In this document: positions 7,316 to 15,706 of the stretch, in pieces
How positions within the stretch are numbered: position 1 is the stretch's first letter
Layout of the letters: every line of letters starts with the position of its first letter
Origin: Gaiellaceae bacterium
GTDB taxonomy: Bacteria > Actinomycetota > Thermoleophilia > Gaiellales > Gaiellaceae
Direction: 5' to 3'
Assembly (NCBI GenBank): GCA_035455445.1
Contig: DATIFC010000161.1
Location: 1-60,867 of the forward strand
Length of the DNA stretch: 60,867 bases
Notes under the pieces: generated by a model
The model's database searches: none
What the model was told of the DNA's origin: nothing
What the model saw: only the letters and a program-made list of their open reading frames with translations
Translations under genes and position numbers: made by a program

Positions 7316-9057
7316 GACGGCATCGCCGCGGCGAGCTCCGGGCCGAGCTCGAGCAGCAGCCGGCGGTAGATCGGCTCGGCGCGCGGGATCCCCGGGAGCA
7401 CCGCGCGCGCCTGCTCGTCGGCGGCCCAGACGGCCAGCACGGCGAGCAGGAGGGGCAGGAGCGCGGCCTCCTCGACGCCGGCCCGGCGCAGGCACTCGCG
7501 GAGCGGCGCCCACTCGGGGTCGCGGCCGCCCGCCAGGTCGCGCAGGAGCTGCGCGTCGGGCCGGTCGGACCGCGCCATCGCGGCAAGGAAGATCACGTCG
7601 AGGCCGGGCGGCCCGTCCTCGTAGGCGTGCTCCCAGTCGAGGACGCCGAGGCCGCCGTCGCCTGAGAGAAGCACGTTCTTGCGCTGGAAGTCGCCGTGCA
7701 CCGGCCGGGACGGGAGCCCCCCGAGGGTGTCGAGCGCGGCCTCGACCGGCGAGCGGAGCGGCTGGGGCGCGAGCCGGACCGCGGCCGGGGCCTCGTCCGC
7801 CCACCACGACCCCTCGCGCACCCGGCCGTGGCCGCCCGAGCCGGTGCCGAGCGCGAGCACCCAGTCCGCGACCTGCGAGAACCACTCGCCGACCCGCTCG
7901 GATCGCGGGGCCCGGCCCCCCATGTACTCCTCCAGCACCCACAGCGCGTCGACGTCCTCGCCCTGGGCGAGCACCTTCGGGATGCCCGGCCTCGCGAGGC
8001 CGTCGCGCACCGCGAGGCCGGCGCGCAGCCTCGCGGTCGGGTTCACGTAGACGTGCAGGATGCGGTCGGGGCCGACGCGGTAGACGAAGTGGGGGTCGGG
8101 CCTGTACGACGGCTCGCACGGCGCGACGGCGGCATCGTCGAGCGCGGCGGCCACCGGCTCGGGCGCCCGTGCCAGCAGCGCGCGCGGCGAGCGGGCGCCG
8201 GAGCGGAAGGCGAGCGCGCTCGCGAACCCGCGCAGCGTGGCCCGCGTCTCGCGCAGGCGGCGCCCGTCACGTGCGCGCGCCCCGCTCGTCAGTGCGCCGG
8301 CGATCTCCCTGCCGTACCGCGCGGCGAGCACGGGCGAGCGATGGCGGCGGACGAGCTTGCCCAGCCCGAAGGCGTAGGGAAACCGGGACTCGAGCCGCTC
8401 CGCCTCCGTCTTCGTGGGGTGGTAGACGACGGCCTCCGGCGACCAGGCGAGCGGCCGGCCGGAGCCGAGCAGCCGGTGGATCGCCTCGGTCTCCTCGGCC
8501 GACCTGGAGACCGAGCCGATCCCGAAGAGCGGGTCGAAGCCGCCGACGTCGAGCAGCGCTTCGCGGCGGAACGCCATGTTGCCCCCGCTCCCGACCCGCC
8601 AGGGCGGCGTCCCGGGCTCGACCAGCCGGAAGCTGCCGCCGCCGTCGTACCGGCAGTAGGGCAGGCCGCGCTCGTCCCGCGGGGCGATCGGCCCGAACAC
8701 GCCGGCCGGGGCGCCCTCGCGCGCGAAGGCGTCGAGGAGTCCGCGCACCCAGGCGGGGTCGACGACCTCGTCGTCGTCGACGAACGCGACGAGCGCGCCG
8801 CGCGCCGCAGCCAGGCCGCGGTTCCGCGCGTGGGCGAGGCCGGACGGGAAGACCTCGAGGACGACGGCGCCGTCGAGGTCGGGCGGAGAAGCCGTGCTCT
8901 GCCAGACGACGAGCGTCTCCACCACGCTTCCCGCGGCCTGAGCCGACTGCGCCACCGACTCGACCGTCTCGGCCACCCGCGCCTCGCCCAGCGTGCAGAT
9001 CACGACCGAGAGCTCTGGATCCGGCACGCGCCGGACCTTAGCCGCGCGATCAGTCAC
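7312..9057 (-). CDS. Fusion protein: N-terminal family-2 glycosyltransferase + C-terminal APH/choline-kinase-like phosphotransferase domain (581 aa)
   Basis: C-terminal part of track ORF 7312..9795, started at GTG 9055-9057. GT-A motifs: PELSVVICTLGE and ALVAFVDDDEVVD (DxD). The kinase fold runs from about 8115 downward: VHGDFQRKNVLL (7675-7698) and LGVLDWEHA. The region upstream of 9057 is Arg-rich shadow. Confidence 0.65.
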   Translation of the reverse strand: MTDRAAKVRRVPDPELSVVICTLGEARVAETVESVAQSAQAAGSVVETLVVWQSTASPPDLDGAVVLEVFPSGLAHARNRGLAAARGALVAFVDDDEVVDPAWVRGLLDAFAREGAPAGVFGPIAPRDERGLPYCRYDGGGSFRLVEPGTPPWRVGSGGNMAFRREALLDVGGFDPLFGIGSVSRSAEETEAIHRLLGSGRPLAWSPEAVVYHPTKTEAERLESRFPYAFGLGKLVRRHRSPVLAARYGREIAGALTSGARARDGRRLRETRATLRGFASALAFRSGARSPRALLARAPEPVAAALDDAAVAPCEPSYRPDPHFVYRVGPDRILHVYVNPTARLRAGLAVRDGLARPGIPKVLAQGEDVDALWVLEEYMGGRAPRSERVGEWFSQVADWVLALGTGSGGHGRVREGSWWADEAPAAVRLAPQPLRSPVEAALDTLGGLPSRPVHGDFQRKNVLLSGDGGLGVLDWEHAYEDGPPGLDVIFLAAMARSDRPDAQLLRDLAGGRDPEWAPLRECLRRAGVEEAALLPLLLAVLAVWAADEQARAVLPGIPRAEPIYRRLLLELGPELAAAMPS

Positions 9058-9101
9058 GATCCGTTGATCGGCAACCGGCGACGTCAACCGAGGAACCGGC
9101 C

Positions 9102-10217
9102 CTGCGCGCGCTCGTCGTCCTGACCCAGCCGCCGTTGCCGGAGGGAGGCGCACCCGGCAAGACGGCGGTCGGGCTGCTGCGCGGGCTGCGTGAGCACGGC
9201 GTCGACGTGAGCGCCGTCGCTGCCCGGCGGGGGTTCTCGGTCGCCGGGGAGGTGCCGCCCGACCTGCCCGTCGAGCTGGTCGACGTCGAGCCGCCCGGAC
9301 GGTGGGCGGCGCGGCTCGGCCGCCTGCGGCGCCCGCTCGGCGAGCTCGCCGGCGGAGCATTTGCCGCACGGGTCCGGGAAGCCGCCGGCGGCGCCGACGT
9401 GGTGCACCTGGAGGAGACCGAGACCGCGTGGTGCGACCAGGGAGTCCCGCTTCCGTCGCTCGTGCACGTCCACTTCCTCGCCCGGCAGGACCGCGACCTC
9501 GGGCCGCCCTGGAGCAAGCAGTTCCGCGAGGTGCTCGACGCCTCGCGCGCCGAGCGCGCGGCCGCCCGTCGGCACCGCTACCTCGTCGCGAGCTCCCCGC
9601 TCGTCGCCGACGAGCTGCGCGCCGCAGCGCCGCACGCCGAGGTCGTGGTCGCCCCGCTGTCGCTCGACCCCGCCCTCTACGACCCCGCCCCGCTCGACGG
9701 AGCGCCGCTCGCGGGCCTGATCGGCACCGCGTGGTGGCCGCCCACGGCGGAGGCGATGCGGGCCCTCGTCCATGACGTCTGGCCGCGGGTCGCAAGGGCG
9801 GTGCCCGAGTCCGAGCTCGTGGTCGCGGGCCGCGGGACCGCGGAACTCGGCCTGTGGCCGACCCCGGGCGTGGAGCTCGCCGGCGAGGTCGACTCTGCCC
9901 GCGACCTCTTCCGCCGCCTGTCGCTGCTGCTCTTCCCGCTCGCGCGGGGGAGCGGCATGAAGGTCAAGGTGCTCGAGGCGATGGCGAGCGGCGTGCCGGT
10001 CGTGACCACGCCCGCCGGCGCCGAGGGCATCGAGCCCTCGGACGGCGTAGTCGTCCACGAGCGGCCGGAGGAGCTCGCCGCCGCGGCCGCCGAGCTCCTG
10101 GGCGACACGCGGGCGCGACGCGAGCGCGGGGTCGCCGCGCGCGCGGACTTCGAGCGATGCTACTCGCCGCGGCCCGCGACCGAGCCGCTCGTCGAGCTCT
10201 ACCGCAGAATGGCGTGA
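9102..10217 (+). CDS. Family-4 (GT-B) glycosyltransferase, probable CTG start
   Basis: Track ORF 9135..10217 carries EAMASGVPVVTTPAGAEGI (GT4 E-x7-E region). The frame is open from 9042 (TAG at 9039-9041). CTG 9102 preceded by GAGGAA (9090-9095) gives the canonical GT4 N-terminus MRALVVLTQPPLPEGGAPGKTAVGLLRGL. Confidence 0.6.
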   Translation: MRALVVLTQPPLPEGGAPGKTAVGLLRGLREHGVDVSAVAARRGFSVAGEVPPDLPVELVDVEPPGRWAARLGRLRRPLGELAGGAFAARVREAAGGADVVHLEETETAWCDQGVPLPSLVHVHFLARQDRDLGPPWSKQFREVLDASRAERAAARRHRYLVASSPLVADELRAAAPHAEVVVAPLSLDPALYDPAPLDGAPLAGLIGTAWWPPTAEAMRALVHDVWPRVARAVPESELVVAGRGTAELGLWPTPGVELAGEVDSARDLFRRLSLLLFPLARGSGMKVKVLEAMASGVPVVTTPAGAEGIEPSDGVVVHERPEELAAAAAELLGDTRARRERGVAARADFERCYSPRPATEPLVELYRRMA

Positions 10218-11740
10218 CGGCGCCGGTCGGCCCGGCGCTCGAGCCTCGCCCGCACGACGCGGGCGGCCCGGTGGGCGCGGCGCCTCTTCGCTGCCGAGGC
10301 GCGCGACGCGCCGCCGAGAGCGACTGACGCCACCGGCGTGCACGTGCCCGTCCCCGCCGCGCAGACCTTGTACGAGACCTTGCCCCCGGCGCCCCGGGAG
10401 AGCCGGTCGTCGTAGGAGCCGGTGTTCGAGACCGTGGCCCTGCGGCCGCCGTTGCGGTAGACGTCGACGCGGCCGCCGCCAAGGCCCCGCCAGGCGAGGC
10501 GCACCGAGCCTCCGACGAGCGTGGCGCCCAGCGTGGCCGGCGGCGGAGGCGGCGGCGGGGCGGCGGCCGAGCGCAGGATCGCGCCGCTCGTGGGCCCGAG
10601 CGTGACCGAGGTCGTGGCCGAGCCGCCCATCGTCACGTACGACCGGCCGAGGGCCACCGTCAGCGTCGAGGAGGTGGGGTTGACGACGACGGTGCCGCCG
10701 GTGAAGTTCCGCCGCCAGGCAGAGCCGATCTGGAAGCGCGGGCCGAGCGGCGAGCCCACGTCGGCCGTCCAGCTCGCGCTGTAGGGGTCCTGCGCCTCGG
10801 GGTCGCTCGCCTCGAAGATCAGGGCGCCGCCGTTCGCCGGCTCGTCGAAGAGGAGGAAGTTCGCCCGCGCCCAGGCCATCGAGCGGGTGTCGCCCTTGGG
10901 CGCGTAGGTGAGGCCGAGGAAGATCTTCCCCGCCTGCTCGGTGAGCGCCTGGAACCGCTGCCGGTAGGTCCAGTCGTTCCCGGCGAACCAGCCCGAGCTC
11001 GACGACCCCCACTTGGAGTAGTACTCCTGCATGGCGCCCGAGGTGAGCTGGAGCCAGTCGCTCCAGGTGGCCTGCGCGTCGTAGTCCGAGGCCCACGGAG
11101 CCGAGAGGTTCGGGATCGCGAGGAAGCCGGAGCTCCGGAGCGCCGGGCCGACGGCGGCGAGCATGCTGCGTGTGGCGGCGCGCCAGGAGGCGTCGGTCGG
11201 GTAGCGCGCGATCGTCCTCCCGTGCAGGTGCCAGCTCATGCTCGTGTTCGTGTCGTCGATCAGCACGCCGTCCCAGGGGGCCGAGCGGAGATCGGCCAGG
11301 ACGTTCGAGAGCCAGCGCGCCTGGTAGCCGGCGCTGCCGACGTCCATCATCCACGCCTGCGGGAAGTAGTACGAGCTCAGCCTCGAGCCGCCGGCGTCGG
11401 TGAGGAACCAGTCCGGATCGTTGCCGTCGGCGTCGCAGTAGCCGACGCCTGCGGGCAGGTAGCGGTTGTCGCTGCCGCCGGAGCAGCTGTACGACATGGT
11501 GAAGCTCAGGTTCTTGTAGACGAGCGCCTTCAGGCCCGGGTTCGCCGCCTTCAGCGCAGGCAGCAGCGGCGCGTCCCAGGAGTTGAGCACGACGTAGCGG
11601 TAGCGGGAGAGGTCGCCGCCCGTCTGGGCACAGCCGCTGCAGATGCGCAGCGCGCCGATCCCCGTCGCGGCGTGCGCGACGGGCGGGGACACGAACAGCG
11701 AGAGGGCGGCCGCGACCAGGGCTAGACGACGAGCGGTCAC
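10199..11740 (-). CDS. Secreted putative polysaccharide hydrolase (GHL15/GH114-like TIM-barrel) with Pro-rich linker and C-terminal beta-sandwich-like domain
   Basis: Track ORF of 513 aa with signal peptide MTARRLALVAAALSLFVSPPVAHA. The segment YVVLNSWDAPLLPALKAANPGLKALVYKN...DPDWFLTDAGGSRL...WMMDVGSAGYQARWLSNVLADLRSAPWDGVLIDDTN resembles glycoside-hydrolase-like families found in EPS loci. A PPPPPPP linker follows. Family assignment is from memory only. Confidence 0.5.
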   Translation of the reverse strand: MTARRLALVAAALSLFVSPPVAHAATGIGALRICSGCAQTGGDLSRYRYVVLNSWDAPLLPALKAANPGLKALVYKNLSFTMSYSCSGGSDNRYLPAGVGYCDADGNDPDWFLTDAGGSRLSSYYFPQAWMMDVGSAGYQARWLSNVLADLRSAPWDGVLIDDTNTSMSWHLHGRTIARYPTDASWRAATRSMLAAVGPALRSSGFLAIPNLSAPWASDYDAQATWSDWLQLTSGAMQEYYSKWGSSSSGWFAGNDWTYRQRFQALTEQAGKIFLGLTYAPKGDTRSMAWARANFLLFDEPANGGALIFEASDPEAQDPYSASWTADVGSPLGPRFQIGSAWRRNFTGGTVVVNPTSSTLTVALGRSYVTMGGSATTSVTLGPTSGAILRSAAAPPPPPPPATLGATLVGGSVRLAWRGLGGGRVDVYRNGGRRATVSNTGSYDDRLSRGAGGKVSYKVCAAGTGTCTPVASVALGGASRASAAKRRRAHRAARVVRARLERRADRRRHAILR

Positions 11741-11790
11741 GCCCCTGGCATCGTCGGGGCGTCGCCGGGGCTACTCCCTCGTTCGAGCTA

Positions 11791-12885
11791 TCAGCGGGAG
11801 GCCTCCTCGTACAGCGCCGCCAGCCGCTCGATCATGCCCTCGAGCGAGAGGTTCCGCTCCGCCTCGCGGCGGCCTTCCGCGCCGAGCTCGGCCGCGGCCG
11901 CCGGATCGGCGAGGATGCTTGCCAGCGCCTCCGCCAGGCCCTCGGCGTCGCCCTTCGCGGCCAGCGCGCCGGTCGCCCCGTCGCGCACGAGCTCGGCCGT
12001 GCCGCCAACGGCCGTGGCCGCGACCGGCACCGACGCGGCCATCGCCTCGACCACCGCGAGCGGGCAGCCCTCGTAGTCGCTCGCGAGCAGGGCGCACTCC
12101 GCCTGCGCGAGCAGCTCCGGCACGTCGTCGCGGTTGCCGAGGAAGCGCACGGCCTCGGCGACCCCGAGCTCGGTCGCCAGTGCCTCCGCCTCCTCGCGGA
12201 GCGGCCCGTCGCCGACGACGTGCAGCTCGGCCTCCGGGATGCGCCGGCTAACGTTCGTGAGCGCGCGCAGGGCGAGATCGGGACGCTTCGGCCGCGCGAG
12301 CCGCCCGACCATCAGGATCCGGCCCCGAACGGGCGCGCGCGGCAGGGCGAAGCGCTCCAGCGGCACGCCGTTGGGGATCACGCGGTACTGCCCGCCCCGC
12401 CCCACGCGCGCGTCGAGCCCCGCCTGCCGCTCGTCGTCCGAGAGCGCCACGATCGTCCGGCACCAGTGCGCGGCCAGGCGCTCCAGGCGCAGGTAGAGCT
12501 GCGCCTCGGCCCCGGCTGCGGCCCACCACGACCAGCCGTGCGGCGTGAAGAGGCACGACTGTCGCCTCCCGCGGAGCGCGGCCGCGAGCCTGCCCAGGAA
12601 CCCGGCCTTGGCCGAGTGGACGTGGACGACGTCGGCCTCGCCCGCGAGCCTTACCAGCGTCGCGAGCGAGCGCGCGTCGCCCGGCCGGGGCTCCCGGTGC
12701 GGCTCGATCGCGTGCAGCCGCACGCCGGAGCCCTCGAGGCTGGACCAGGTCAGCGACTCGCGCGGACACGCGACCTCGACCGCGAGCTCCTCGCCGGGGA
12801 GCGCCCGGGCCAGCTCCACGACGTGCCGCGAGACCCCGCCGTCGAGAGGCTGCGCGGCGAGCAGGAGGCGAAGCGGTCGACTCAC
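11791..12885 (-). CDS. Family-4 glycosyltransferase
   Basis: C-terminal 364 codons of track ORF 11791..14769, starting at GTG 12883-12885 (VSRPLRLLLAAQPLDGGVSRHVVELARAL...). GT4 signature: LLASDYEGCPLAVVEAMAASVPVAATAVGGTAELV. Confidence 0.75.
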   Translation of the reverse strand: MSRPLRLLLAAQPLDGGVSRHVVELARALPGEELAVEVACPRESLTWSSLEGSGVRLHAIEPHREPRPGDARSLATLVRLAGEADVVHVHSAKAGFLGRLAAALRGRRQSCLFTPHGWSWWAAAGAEAQLYLRLERLAAHWCRTIVALSDDERQAGLDARVGRGGQYRVIPNGVPLERFALPRAPVRGRILMVGRLARPKRPDLALRALTNVSRRIPEAELHVVGDGPLREEAEALATELGVAEAVRFLGNRDDVPELLAQAECALLASDYEGCPLAVVEAMAASVPVAATAVGGTAELVRDGATGALAAKGDAEGLAEALASILADPAAAAELGAEGRREAERNLSLEGMIERLAALYEEASR

Positions 12886-12932
12886 GGGGCGAAGGGTATT
12901 CTTGGCTGCCCTCGAACCAGTCTGGCGTTTTC

Positions 12933-12946
12933 CGGCACCGGTGCCG
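12933..12946. promoter_or_regulatory. Perfect 14-nt palindrome CGGCACCGGTGCCG in the divergent promoter/5' region upstream of the tyrosine-kinase operon
   Basis: Read directly. It lies in the 72-nt gap between GT4 (start 12885, minus) and the kinase gene (GTG 12958). It is followed by AGAAAGGAAAC (SD-like) and then GTG. Confidence 0.3.
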
Positions 12947-12957
12947 AGAAAGGAAAC

Positions 12958-14343
12958 GTGGCCCTCAACGACCTCCTGCGGGTGTTCTGGCAGCGCAAGC
13001 TGCTCATCGTTCTCGTCGTGATCGCGGTGGTCGTTCCGGCGTACGTCGCGACGAAGCTGGTCACGAAGCAGTACGAGTCCGTTGCGACGCTCGCCCTCAC
13101 GCCGAAAGGGACGGGCAGCAACGACCTGATCCTCTACGGGATCCTCGACCAGGTCGTGCCCTTCTACGCGGACGCCGCCGATTCCCGCACCACTCTGGAC
13201 CGGGCGGAGGGCCGGCTCGGCCGCAGGCTCGGCGACATCTCGGTGCAGACCTTCAAGGGCACCGGGCTGATGAAGATCAAGGCCCGCAGCTCGAAGCCCC
13301 GCCTCGCGCAGCTGAGCGCGGCCGCGGTCACGGAGACCGTCCTCTCGCGCGTCGAGCTCGGCGAGATCGGCACGCCGTCCTTCAAGCTGAGCGAGATCGA
13401 CGCGCCCGCGCTGCCGACCTCGCCGGTCTTCCCGCGCACGCGCCTGACGCTCCTCGTCGCGGCGCTGCTCGGCCTCGGCCTCGGCCTCGCCGCCGCGATC
13501 CTGCGCGAGAACCTGACGACGAAGGTCGAGACGGCGGAGGACCTCGCGCTCGCGAGCGGACTGCCCGTCTTCGCCGAGATCCCGGCCGAGACGGCGGTGC
13601 TCAAGCTGTCCACTGCCGACGACCTGACGAAGCAGCCGCGCCTGCATGTCGTGGCGGAGGCACTGCGCGACCTGCGCACGAACCTGCTCTTCACCGACGA
13701 GAGCATCCGTTCCGTCGTGATCACGAGCCCCGACGGAAGCCACGGCAAGACGACCGTCGCGTTCGGCCTCGCCGCCACACTCAGCCGCGCGGGCGCGCGC
13801 ACGATCCTCGTCGACTGCGACCTCCGGCGCGGCCGGGTGGCCGAGATGCTCCACCTCCCGCGCACGCCCGGCCTGATGGACGTCCTGCTCGGCGAGGCGC
13901 AGCTGGAGCGGGTTGTCCGCTCGACGATCGAAGGCCCCGACGTGCTGGCCGGCGGGCGCCGCTCCGCCGACCCCGGCGAGCTGCTGACGCAGGAGTTCCC
14001 GGCGGTGCTGGCCGAGCTCGAGCGGGACTACGACGCCGTGATCGTCGACGCCACGCCGGTGATCCCGGTCAGCGACGCGCGGATTCTCGCGCGCTACGCC
14101 GACGCGACGGTGCTCGTCGCCCGGGCCGGGACCGCCTCGCGGCGGCAGGTCCGCTCCGCGGTCGAGCGCCTCGCGCTCATCTCGGTCCGCCCCACCGCCG
14201 CGGTGCTGAACCACTCCACCGAGGTCAGTAGCTCGAGCTACTACGCCCGGCCCACGGAGCAGGGCGAGGAGCCGGAGGCGGACGCCCGGACGCGGAGCGA
14301 GCGCCGGCTCGCGCGCAAGCAGCGGGGCGCCGCCCGCAGCTGA
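12958..14343 (+). CDS. Polysaccharide co-polymerase fused to BY-type protein-tyrosine autokinase (Wzc-like)
   Basis: C-terminal 461 codons of track ORF 12220..14343, with GTG 12958 after AAAGGA. Two TM spans (LLIVLVVIAVVVPAYV, LTLLVAALLGLGLGLAAAIL). Walker A VITSPDGSHGKTTV, Walker A' ILVDCDLRRG, Walker B AVIVDATPV. C-terminal tail is SSSSYY. Confidence 0.75.
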   Translation: MALNDLLRVFWQRKLLIVLVVIAVVVPAYVATKLVTKQYESVATLALTPKGTGSNDLILYGILDQVVPFYADAADSRTTLDRAEGRLGRRLGDISVQTFKGTGLMKIKARSSKPRLAQLSAAAVTETVLSRVELGEIGTPSFKLSEIDAPALPTSPVFPRTRLTLLVAALLGLGLGLAAAILRENLTTKVETAEDLALASGLPVFAEIPAETAVLKLSTADDLTKQPRLHVVAEALRDLRTNLLFTDESIRSVVITSPDGSHGKTTVAFGLAATLSRAGARTILVDCDLRRGRVAEMLHLPRTPGLMDVLLGEAQLERVVRSTIEGPDVLAGGRRSADPGELLTQEFPAVLAELERDYDAVIVDATPVIPVSDARILARYADATVLVARAGTASRRQVRSAVERLALISVRPTAAVLNHSTEVSSSSYYARPTEQGEEPEADARTRSERRLARKQRGAARS

Positions 14344-14350
14344 CCCGGCG

Positions 14351-15706
14351 GTGCTCTCGACACTCCGCTCAGAGGCAGCCGCCCGCCGCCCGGACGGGCT
14401 GCAGGCTGTAGGGCTCGTAGGCCTCGGCGCCGCATCCGTGGTCCTCGCTGCGGGCTCTGTGATGAGGCCGGCGGGCACCGTCGTCCTCGCGCTCTCGCTG
14501 GTCGGGCTCGTTCTGCTCGTCGCGCGAATCGACTTCGCGATCCTGCTGGTCGTCGCGACGGCGCCGCTCGAAGGGGCGTTCGCGTCCGGGCCGGCGGGCG
14601 TGAGCGTGACGAAGCTCGCCGGCTTCATCTGCATCGCGGCCTTCGTGTACGCGCTCGCCAGGGAACGGCGCCCGCTCGTGTTCGAGAGCGGCCAGGCGCT
14701 CGTGCTCGGGATCCTCGCGCTCGCGCTGCTCTCGACGGCATGGGCACAGGACACCTCGGCCGCGATCACGACGACGACGCGCTACGCGAGCTTCGCGGTC
14801 ATCTACGTGATCGTCACGCAGTTCGGCCACGACCGCGTGCTGCAGCGGCGGATCGCCTGGACGCTCGCGCTCACGTGCACGGTCGCGGCCGGGCTGGGGC
14901 TGAACGAGTACCTGACGGGGAACGCTCAGCTCGCGACGCTGCCCTACGCGCAGCAGAACGACTTCGCCTTCATCCTCGCGACCTCGCTGCCCTTCATGTT
15001 CTTTCTGCTCGGCCGGACGCGAGCGCTGAGGCCGTTCCTGCTCGCCGCGATCGCGCTCGTCTCCGCAGCGATCCTGCTCAGCCTCTCGCGCGGCGCCTTC
15101 CTCGGCCTCGCCGCCGGCTTCGTGGTCTTCGTGCTGACCGACCGGCGCCGGGTCCAGGTGACGCTCACCGCCGGCGCGCTCGCGGCCGCCGGGACGCTGC
15201 TCGTGATCCACAGCAACCCGCAGCGCTTCCACGAGGCGCTGTCCCTGAAGTCGTCGGTCGCGCAGCAGAACGTCTCCACCCGTTTCGGCGCCTGGGGCGC
15301 CGCGGCCCGGCTCGCGAGCGACCACCCGCTCCTCGGCGTCGGCCCCGGCAACTTCCAGTTCCACTACAACCAGCTGACCGGGCAGCCGCTGGGGACGTTC
15401 ACGCTCACCGTCGCCCACAACGCGCTGCTCGACGTCGCCGCCGAGCTCGGGCTGCTGGCGATGTGCCTGCTGGCGCTCTACCTCGTGCTCGCCTTCGTGC
15501 GGCTCACGACCTCGCTGCAGCGCGGGTACGGCGATCCCGCGTTCGTGCGCGCCTTACGGATCTCCCTGACGATCGCGATCGTGAGCGCGATGTTCCTCTC
15601 CGAGCAGTACTTCCTCCCGTTCTGGCTCCTGGGCGCCCTGGCCGCGGCGATCTGGGCCAACGGGCAGCGGGACGCGGCGGAAGACGGCGCGCCCCCGCCG
15701 GGATGA
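14351..15706 (+). CDS. O-antigen polymerase/ligase family (Wzy_C) membrane protein
   Basis: Track ORF of 451 aa, polytopic. Motifs [21 protein letters not shown] and [16 protein letters not shown] are typical of Wzy_C. Its stop overlaps the next start (ATGA at 15703-15706). Confidence 0.65.
   Translation: MLSTLRSEAAARRPDGLQAVGLVGLGAASVVLAAGSVMRPAGTVVLALSLVGLVLLVARIDFAILLVVATAPLEGAFASGPAGVSVTKLAGFICIAAFVYALARERRPLVFESGQALVLGILALALLSTAWAQDTSAAITTTTRYASFAVIYVIVTQFGHDRVLQRRIAWTLALTCTVAAGLGLNEYLTGNAQLATLPYAQQNDFAFILATSLPFMFFLLGRTRALRPFLLAAIALVSAAILLSLSRGAFLGLAAGFVVFVLTDRRRVQVTLTAGALAAAGTLLVIHSNPQRFHEALSLKSSVAQQNVSTRFGAWGAAARLASDHPLLGVGPGNFQFHYNQLTGQPLGTFTLTVAHNALLDVAAELGLLAMCLLALYLVLAFVRLTTSLQRGYGDPAFVRALRISLTIAIVSAMFLSEQYFLPFWLLGALAAAIWANGQRDAAEDGAPPPG

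Noticed and set aside
7312-8115. APH-like domain as an aminoglycoside-resistance determinant
   Set aside because: It is fused to a glycosyltransferase inside a polysaccharide locus, so the context argues for a sugar or polymer substrate rather than an antibiotic.
11791-14769. 992-aa minus-strand ORF as one large protein
   Set aside because: Only the last 364 codons (11791-12885) look like a GT4 enzyme. The upstream part is antisense to the Wzc-like and Wzy-like genes and is low-complexity. The internal GTG at 12885 gives a normal GT4 N-terminus.
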